Shown here piece by piece: positions 57,634 to 64,000 of a stretch of 64,000 bases of DNA. The stretch lies in NCBI GenBank assembly GCA_963805625.1, contig CAWDVE010000010.1, positions 1,824,001 to 1,888,000 of the forward strand, written 5' to 3'. How positions within the stretch are numbered: the first letter of the stretch is position 1; each line of letters starts with the position of its first letter. Below the pieces are notes generated by a model. It searched no databases. It was not told the origin of the DNA and saw only the letters and a program-made list of their open reading frames with translations. Both the position numbers and the translations under genes were made by a program. Source of the DNA: an uncultured Candidatus Rokubacteria bacterium. Its GTDB lineage: Bacteria; Methylomirabilota; Methylomirabilia; Rokubacteriales; DASRDR01.

Positions 57634-59409
57634 TCAGTCCCCTACAGTGGCGCGGTCGGGCGTGAGGAACTCGGCGATGTCCCAGTAGCCGGTCCTCGGC
57701 ATGGGCAAGTCTCCACGTGTTCGCACCTCTAGCACACAGGGCGCGTTCAGACTGAGGCACTCTCTCAAGACGTGCGGCAACTCATCGGGATCCTCGACTA
57801 GCCGTGCTTCGATGCCGTGGGCCTTAGCCAGAAGCTGGAAATCGGGATTGTACGGGGTGCCGTCGGGCCTCGTGAACTCGGTGCCATAGGTGCTCTTGAA
57901 GTAGGCCTCTCCCATCGTTCGGATCGTCGAGAAGCAATAGTTGTTGAAGAGCACCCACACGACCGGCGTACCGAGCTCCACCGCCGTCGCCAACGCACCA
58001 CACGCAGACATGAAGCCCCCATCGCCAACCAGCGCGACGACCGGCTGGCGGGGACATGCGAGCTTGGCCCCGATTGCGGCCGCGGGTGCATACCCCATGG
58101 TCGCCATGCCACCGCTCGTGATGAAGGTGAGCGGACGCCGGCTCAGCAGTTGCTGGCCAGCACCGTTCTTGTTCCAGCCGACATCCGTGACGACGATGGC
58201 ATCGTCCGGGAGCGCCTTGTTCAACTCGAAGAGAAGTCTGGCGGGATGGACGGGCTGTCCGGCATCTCGCTGGCTAGGGGCCAGTTCACCCAACCATGCC
58301 TGGCGGGCGGTCTCCAGCTGTGCGAAGCGGCGCGACTGACGCCAGTTGACCCGGGGGGCCCGATCCCGGATGCGGTCGAGAAGCTTCGCCAGACTCGCCT
58401 TCGCGTCTCCGACGATCCCGACGTCGACCGGATACGCCTTGCCGATCTCCGGCGGGTCGGCATCGAGTTGAATGAGGCGTGAAGGCGGGATCGCGAACGT
58501 GTGCTGAGGGTTCCACGAACTGCAGTCGGCTTCCCCGAAACCGGTGCCAATCGCCAGGATGACGTCCGCGGTCCGGGTCGTCTCGTTCGCCAGACGGGTC
58601 CCCCAGATGCCCGACATCCCCACCGACAGGGGGTGATCCTCCGGAAAGGCGCCCTTCCCCATGAGCGACGTCGCCACCGGGATACCGACGTATTCGGCGA
58701 GGTCCTTCAGCTCGTTCCACGCCTCCGACAGATGGACGCCATTGCCGGCAAAGATGGTGGGTCGCTCCGCACGAAGCAGCAGGTCGGCGGCCTCCCCGAC
58801 CGCTTCGTCAGTGCCGGGGGTCCGATGCTGCCCAGGACGCCGGCGGCGCGTAGCCGGAACGCTGCCCTTCACTGGACGTGAGAAGACATCCATGGACACA
58901 TCGATCAACACCGCGCCTGGCCGACCGGTTTGGGCGAGGTTGAGCGCTCGAGGCATCACGTCCGGCAGAAGCTGGGGGTCATCCACTCTCCATACACGCT
59001 TGCAGAACGGCCTGAAGATGTCTCCCTGCGACGCATCGGCATGAAAACGGATGCACTGATGCCCGTCGCGCGCGTGATTGTAGGATGGCGTGTTGCCGGA
59101 AATGACGATCATCGGCGTCAGGTCCGCGGCGGCCGTCACCACCCCGGTCAGGGCATTCGTGAGGCCAGGGGAGAGGTGCACCAGGACGACCGCCAGCTTG
59201 TGGGAGGTGCGGAAATACGCATCGGCTGCGTGTGCGGCCAGTTGCTCGTGTCGGAAGGACACGAAGTCGATTCCCACCTTGGGCAGTGCATCGATCAGGG
59301 CGAGGTTCGTGTGGCCACACTGTCCGAAGACCTTCGAAACGCCCTCCTGGCTGAGGCAGTCCGCGATAAACTCAGCTCCGGTCATCCGTTGGTCCTCCGT
59401 GTTCCGCAT
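57634..59409 (-). CDS. Thiamine-diphosphate-dependent enzyme (acetolactate synthase/carboligase-like)
   Basis: FGQCGH, FRHEQ.AAHAAD, SPG.TN, GDGGF...NN ThDP motif. Confidence 0.92.
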   Translation of the reverse strand: MRNTEDQRMTGAEFIADCLSQEGVSKVFGQCGHTNLALIDALPKVGIDFVSFRHEQLAAHAADAYFRTSHKLAVVLVHLSPGLTNALTGVVTAAADLTPMIVISGNTPSYNHARDGHQCIRFHADASQGDIFRPFCKRVWRVDDPQLLPDVMPRALNLAQTGRPGAVLIDVSMDVFSRPVKGSVPATRRRRPGQHRTPGTDEAVGEAADLLLRAERPTIFAGNGVHLSEAWNELKDLAEYVGIPVATSLMGKGAFPEDHPLSVGMSGIWGTRLANETTRTADVILAIGTGFGEADCSSWNPQHTFAIPPSRLIQLDADPPEIGKAYPVDVGIVGDAKASLAKLLDRIRDRAPRVNWRQSRRFAQLETARQAWLGELAPSQRDAGQPVHPARLLFELNKALPDDAIVVTDVGWNKNGAGQQLLSRRPLTFITSGGMATMGYAPAAAIGAKLACPRQPVVALVGDGGFMSACGALATAVELGTPVVWVLFNNYCFSTIRTMGEAYFKSTYGTEFTRPDGTPYNPDFQLLAKAHGIEARLVEDPDELPHVLRECLSLNAPCVLEVRTRGDLPMPRTGYWDIAEFLTPDRATVGD

Positions 59410-59707
59410 CCACTTATCAGAGCGGCCTCGTCAGCCATAGGAGTCACCTGTCCGGTGTCGCGCCGGCTGGCGTGCCCCGATGAGGCATGGTCAGCGTCGC
59501 GAGGGCTGGCACGGCCGCGACCTCTGGCTCTGGGGGTGGCCGGCACATGAGTCAGGAGGGGGGCAAGACGGGAACTCGCGCCCAGATGCGCCTCCGGGAG
59601 CCTCGTTGCTGCAATGGCCACTGGCGTCTCGCCCCCGCTGAAAGGCCGGCCTCCAGAAGGCGACGGCTCCTCCTGGCCACCGGCTCCCGTGGTTGCTAGT
59701 TAACCCG

Positions 59708-60200
59708 TCAGTTAGTTACTTCAGACTCCCACTGGCTGTCAAGCCCAGAATTACTCACGAGATAGTCCTCACCACCCGGCGGGGTAAGCCGCTCGGCCTC
59801 CTTGGGCCCCCAGCTCTGCGGTTGGTACTCGAAGACCGGGCTATCGGCCTTCAACGCCACGTCCACGATACGCCAGGCTTCCTCGACCTTGACGCGCAAA
59901 CCGACTGGCATCACCGGCCATGGCGTCGGTCAGCACGCGCTCGTAGGCATCCATATCCTCCAGTCCAAAATGGCGCTTCACCACCATCTCGACGGATTCG
60001 GCCTGGGACTCGGAGTCGGGCGCGATGGCGTCCATGCCGAACGCGACCATGCGCCGGCCGCCGGGCTTACGCAAAGCCTGAAACGTCATCGGGTCCAGGT
60101 AATCACCGTCGACGTAGCGCAGCAGACCTGTCAATGTGGTGAACGCTGCGGGATCGAGTCCCCCATGCTTCTCCAGACTGTCCCTCAGTTCCGCGGCTTT
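59708..60200 (-). pseudogene. zwf: Glucose-6-phosphate dehydrogenase remnant (large deletions, frameshift)
   Basis: LRYVDGDY.DP.TF joined to AYERVLTDAMAGDASRFAR; other frame VEEAWRIVD...YQPQSWGP. Confidence 0.8.
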
Positions 60201-61201
60201 TCGACGTGCCCGCCAAATTGGTAGCGCATTGCCGAAAGCACCTTGTCCTGATAATCCGACTCCCCGCGCGAACTGAAGCGTTGATAGAGCGCGGTGGAGA
60301 GCACCGGCACCGGCACGGCTTCGTCGATGGCGGCCTTGATCGTCCAGCGCCCTTCGCCAGAATCGGACACGCGCCCGGCGAATTGTTTCAGCTCGGGGTC
60401 TTCGACTAGTGCCGCGGCCGTCAGGTCGAGCAGCCAAGACGCCACGACACTGCCGCGCCGCCACACTTCGGTGATGTCGCGCAGGTTGAAGTCATACTGA
60501 TACTGCTCCGGGTCACGCAGTGGCGTCGTCTCTGCATCCACCTCGTGCTGCTGTTTGCCGATGTTGGCATCGCGCAGAATTCCGAGCCCTTCGGCGTATG
60601 CCGCCATGAGACCGTACTCGATGCCGTTGTGCACCATCTTGACGAAATGGCCGGCGCCATTGGGCCCGCAGTGCAGGTAGCCACGCTCGGCTGTGCCGCC
60701 GACCTTGTCGCGGCCCGGCGTGCGCGGAATATCGCCGATGCCGGGAGCCAGTGTGGCGAAGATCGGATCGAGGTCTTTGACCACGCCATTTTCGCCGCCG
60801 ATCATCATGCAGTAGCCGCGCTCCAATCCCCACACGCCGCCACTCGTGCCCACATCCACGTAGTGGATCCTCTTCGGCGCCAGTTCCTTGGCCCGCCGAA
60901 TGTCATCGCCGTAATGGGAATTGCCGCCATCGATGACAATGTCCTCCGCCTCAAGATGGGGCAGCAGATCGGCGATGGTCTTGTCCACGACCGCCGCCGG
61001 AACCATCAACCAGACCACCCGCGGATTTGCCACTTTCCTCACGAAGTCCGGGAGCGAGGAGGAACCGACGGCTCTCTCCTCGACTAACCCCTGCACTGCT
61101 TTCGGCGACCTGTCGAACACCACGCACTGGTGACCTCCTCTAATTAGCCGCCGAACCATGTTTGCGCCCATTCTGCCGAGACCGATCATTCCAATTTGCA
61201 T
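60185..61201 (-). CDS. gnd: 6-Phosphogluconate dehydrogenase (short YqeC/GntZ type)
   Basis: [52 protein letters not shown]. Confidence 0.94.
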   Translation of the reverse strand: MQIGMIGLGRMGANMVRRLIRGGHQCVVFDRSPKAVQGLVEERAVGSSSLPDFVRKVANPRVVWLMVPAAVVDKTIADLLPHLEAEDIVIDGGNSHYGDDIRRAKELAPKRIHYVDVGTSGGVWGLERGYCMMIGGENGVVKDLDPIFATLAPGIGDIPRTPGRDKVGGTAERGYLHCGPNGAGHFVKMVHNGIEYGLMAAYAEGLGILRDANIGKQQHEVDAETTPLRDPEQYQYDFNLRDITEVWRRGSVVASWLLDLTAAALVEDPELKQFAGRVSDSGEGRWTIKAAIDEAVPVPVLSTALYQRFSSRGESDYQDKVLSAMRYQFGGHVEKPRN

Positions 61202-61274
61202 GGTGGTGTCCTTTCCATTTGCGGTTACGTTGCTGTTTGTTGAATCCCGGCGCGCAACCGATCCCTTCTGGCGG

Positions 61275-61484
61275 CTACGCTTTCGCTGTCGCCCAACATC
61301 GACCTGTCGGCAACCACACAATTGGCGCCAGCATTTCATCCTCGTTGGACCAGGCATCCTTCTTGATTCCATAAGACATCAGCGCGCTGGGCGTGCTGCC
61401 GCCGGTTTGATCCAGCGCTGCAATGAGCCCCGGCTGCGTCGTCAGTTCGCGCAGTTGTTGTGTGAAGTTGTTCATTGGGGGCAT
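61275..61484 (-). pseudogene. Truncated class I fructose-bisphosphate aldolase (N-terminus only)
   Basis: [22 protein letters not shown]...WSNEDEM resembles the IAALDQSGGSTPKAL motif, then the similarity breaks off. Confidence 0.7.
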
Positions 61485-61485
61485 C

Positions 61486-61665
61486 TCATACTCTCGAGGC
61501 TGAAGGGGAGGTGTATCCCAGCCCAAGGCGTGGTCCGACGTCAGCGCCAGAGAACCCCGGATGAATATGGGACACGACCTTCACCCTGAACATCCTCGTC
61601 TGAACCAACCCGCGATGATCGAACAACAGGGGGTAGAGTCGGTGGCTATAGCCGATGGATTTCAT
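61486..61665 (-). pseudogene. N-terminal remnant of a DUF2090 (IolC C-terminal aldolase-like) gene
   Basis: MKSIGYSHRLYPLLFDHRGLVQTRMF resembles the LY.LPFDHRGSF motif. Confidence 0.5.
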
Positions 61666-61680
61666 GCTGCGCCTTTCATT

Positions 61681-61747
61681 TGCTCCGCCTGACCAAGAAC
61701 CCGGCGACCGAGATGCTCTATGGGCAGATCGCTCACCGCCTGGCGGC
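61681..61747 (+). mobile_element. Diverged fragment of an IS1380 transposase 3' end
   Basis: 67 nt matching 63390-63456 with 8 mismatches (counted by eye). Confidence 0.8.
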
Positions 61748-61970
61748 ACGAGTTGACTCAACCCCGTGAGGTTTCCAAGCTGATGTCGAGTTATTGGTGG
61801 GTCCTGCTCCGTTGCATACGTCCGGCGTGTTCGACCTCGATGCCGGGCCGGTGACCATCAAGGTCGCCACGCGTTACTTGGTTGCTGGTATTCGCACGCT
61901 GGGCGATCCGATGGACCCGAAGGACATCGCGCAGGTCCACGCATCGCAGAACGCGATCAAGGTGAGCTAG

Positions 61971-63478
61971 CCCCAATCGGCGAATAAGCGGGACGGGAAA
62001 CAGCGGGAAACATGAATCAGAGAGGCTTCCAATGCGGTCTCAAGGGAGAACACGCCAATGCGCTCCCTCGCACACTGGAGGCCCCTCTGATGCGTTTGAC
62101 GATAGCGACCCTGCGGCGGGTGGTCAAGGGTGATCTCACGATCCAGTTCGTCCCCCAGGCGCTCACCTCGTACGGCGGCCTGGAGCTGCTCGGGCGCTAT
62201 CTGCGCCAGATCCATCTGGGGGCGCGGTTGCGTCAGGCCTTCGGAGGACTGCGCAGCGACTACGGCAGTGCGCGGATCGCGATGGTGCTGCTGGCGCTGT
62301 TCTACGTCGGGGCCCGGCGCCTCGAGCACCTGCGCTACCTCGGCGGCGATCCGCTGGTGACGCGCTTCTGTGGCTTGGCCCGGTTGCCCACCCGCCGGAC
62401 GGTCGCCGACTGGTTGCGGCAGTTCACGCAGGAGACGCTGGCGCCGCTCGTCGCCTTGAATCGGGATCTCGTGACCGAGGCGCTGGCCCGGCTCGAGCTG
62501 CCGCGCCTGACGATCGACGTGGATGGGTCGGTCATCCGCACGGGGGCCACCGTCGGCTGGGCCTTCCGCGGCTTCAACCCCCATCATCGGAAGGACCCGA
62601 GCTACTACCCGCTGGTCGCGCACGTGGCCCAGACGGGCCACATCCTTCGCCTGAAGAACCGGCCCGGGAACGTCCACGACTCCAAGCAGGCGATCCCGTT
62701 CCTGCGGGACCTCATCGACGACCTCCGCGGCCGCTTCGGCCGGCGCGTGGCCCTGGAGTTCCGCATGGACGCCGCCTTCTTCCAGCGCGGGATTCTGCAC
62801 CTGCTCGCCGCCCGGGACTGTGGCTACGCGATCAAGGTGGGGTACTGGAGCTGGCTTCCGCTCAAGGCGATCGCCGCCGCGTGCCGACGCTGGCACCCGG
62901 TGGCGCCGGGCGTGACCGGCCACGAGACCGAACTGGTCATCCCACAGTGGAACAATCTCCGCCTGCGCGTGGTCCTGTACCGGAAGCACGTCCACCACGA
63001 AACGCGCCGGAACTTCCAACTCGATCTGTTCACTCCCGATGACGGGCACTACGAGTACTCGGCCGTGGCCACGAACCTGCCGCTGGGACTCTCGGCGCTG
63101 TGGGCCTTTGCCTGCGGGCGTGGGGCGCAGGAGAAGACCTTCGCCGAACTCAAAGGCGAGTTCGCGCTCGACGTGGTCCCGACCAAGCACTACGCGGCCA
63201 ACAGCGCCTGGCAGCAACTCAGCATCCTGGCCCACAATCTGATCCGCAGCTTCCAACTCGAAACCCTCGCCGAACCGAAGCCCCGGTCCCGGAAGCGCAC
63301 CTACGCCTACCTCTTCCGCAGCATGCGCACGCTTCGGTTCCTGCTCATCGCCCGGGCCGGGCGTCTGAGCCGACTCGGTGGGCGGAACGTGCTCCGTCTG
63401 ACCCAGAACCCCGCGACCGAGACACTGTATGGGCAGATCGCTCACCGTCTGGTGGCCTGATTTATTCGCCGATTGGGG
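61971..63478 (+). mobile_element. Complete IS1380-family insertion sequence (1508 bp)
   Basis: Perfect 17-bp TIRs CCCCAATCGGCGAATAA / TTATTCGCCGATTGGGG; CTAG duplicated at 61967-61970 and 63479-63482. Confidence 0.92.
62012..63460 (+). CDS. IS1380-family DDE transposase
   Basis: LTSYGGL, LTIDVDGS, SYYPL, RPGNVHD, RMDAAF, RGAQEKTFAELK, ILAHNL; start may be ATG 62090. Confidence 0.9.
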   Translation: MNQRGFQCGLKGEHANALPRTLEAPLMRLTIATLRRVVKGDLTIQFVPQALTSYGGLELLGRYLRQIHLGARLRQAFGGLRSDYGSARIAMVLLALFYVGARRLEHLRYLGGDPLVTRFCGLARLPTRRTVADWLRQFTQETLAPLVALNRDLVTEALARLELPRLTIDVDGSVIRTGATVGWAFRGFNPHHRKDPSYYPLVAHVAQTGHILRLKNRPGNVHDSKQAIPFLRDLIDDLRGRFGRRVALEFRMDAAFFQRGILHLLAARDCGYAIKVGYWSWLPLKAIAAACRRWHPVAPGVTGHETELVIPQWNNLRLRVVLYRKHVHHETRRNFQLDLFTPDDGHYEYSAVATNLPLGLSALWAFACGRGAQEKTFAELKGEFALDVVPTKHYAANSAWQQLSILAHNLIRSFQLETLAEPKPRSRKRTYAYLFRSMRTLRFLLIARAGRLSRLGGRNVLRLTQNPATETLYGQIAHRLVA

Positions 63479-63722
63479 CTAGAAGGTCAGTGGCCGGTTC
63501 GAGTTGCCCCACTTGGAGCCGGTCAGGCGGAAGCACCGAGAGCCCGAGCGGCAGCCCGTAGGGTAGTCCCACCCCATTCTTCTAGGTGTTCGGTCCGCTA
63601 TAGGCTGTGGGACCTCTCTCAATCCGCTTCGTCGCTCACTTTCGGGTGCCTCGACCGCTGGATGCGCGACCGGCGGCCGCAGGCGGCGGCGACCACCGCG
63701 GCCCAGCGGATCGGCACTGCGG

Positions 63723-64000
63723 TCAGCGCGGCCGGCTCTCCGCCGACGCCGCACCCCAGTAGGTCGGCGAGGCCGGGAAGACGGGTTGGCACCGGATCGC
63801 CTCGGCCGGCCCGTCGAGCGTGTCGGCCACCGCACGCCAGACGGCGTAGTGGGGCGTGGCCCGGTGGGCTTCCAGTGCCGCGGGCCCAGTGTAGACCTCG
63901 TAGAAGTAGTACACGTTCTCGTCTCGCTCGTCCTGGAGCACGTTGAACCTGAGGCAGCCCGGCTCGTCACGCTCCGAGCCGAGTGCATCCACCTCGATCG
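63723..64000 (-). CDS. ABM-family monooxygenase (LsrG-like), 5' end outside the window
   Basis: DEPGCLRFNVLQD...YEVY...ALEAHRATPHY..W. Confidence 0.8.
   Translation of the reverse strand, partial: IEVDALGSERDEPGCLRFNVLQDERDENVYYFYEVYTGPAALEAHRATPHYAVWRAVADTLDGPAEAIRCQPVFPASPTYWGAASAESRPR

Larger units (their letters stand above)
61820..63530 (+). pseudogene. DUF1254-family gene remnant interrupted by the IS
   Basis: Left flank GVFDLDAGPVTI and TRYLVAGIRTLGDPMDPKDIAQVHASQNAIKVS*; right flank continues in frame KVSGRFELPTW. Confidence 0.65.

Noticed and set aside
1-64000. tRNA or rRNA genes
   Set aside because: No cloverleaf or rRNA signatures noticed in the intergenic regions by eye.

Overview
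Very GC-rich bacterial window; gene style is reminiscent of soil Rokubacteria/Methylomirabilota, but that is an inference only. 1-12.5 kb: RND efflux pair, phytoene-desaturase-like oxidoreductase, small lipoproteins and a MASE1/GAF/PAS kinase-FixJ-type regulator-REC module. 12.9-37.6 kb: a large tetrahydromethanopterin/methylofuran-type C1 cluster (fae, ftr/fhcD, DUF447, mptG, mch, orf5, orf7/citG, orf17, orf9, orf21, orf22/mfnB, pcbD, orf20, mtdC-like, orfY-like). Its unusual extras are a PTPS-I/III + FolK-MptA fusion pterin module, a pteridine-reductase-like SDR, DUF1464, an ATPase-less Dpp-type ABC importer and an arylsulfatase. fhcA/B/C are absent; a 38-codon FwdD-like scar lies upstream of ftr. 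37.6-47.9 kb: mixed metabolic genes. 48-59.4 kb: a co-oriented catabolic block (ThDP enzyme, two Zn-ADHs, TRAP transporter, aroQ, TetR, citD-citE fusion, citF). 59.7-64 kb: a decayed sugar-phosphate locus (gnd intact; zwf, class I aldolase, DUF2090 and DUF1254 remnants) carrying an intact IS1380-family element with 17-bp TIRs and a CTAG target duplication. All calls come from motif recognition by eye; no searches were run.
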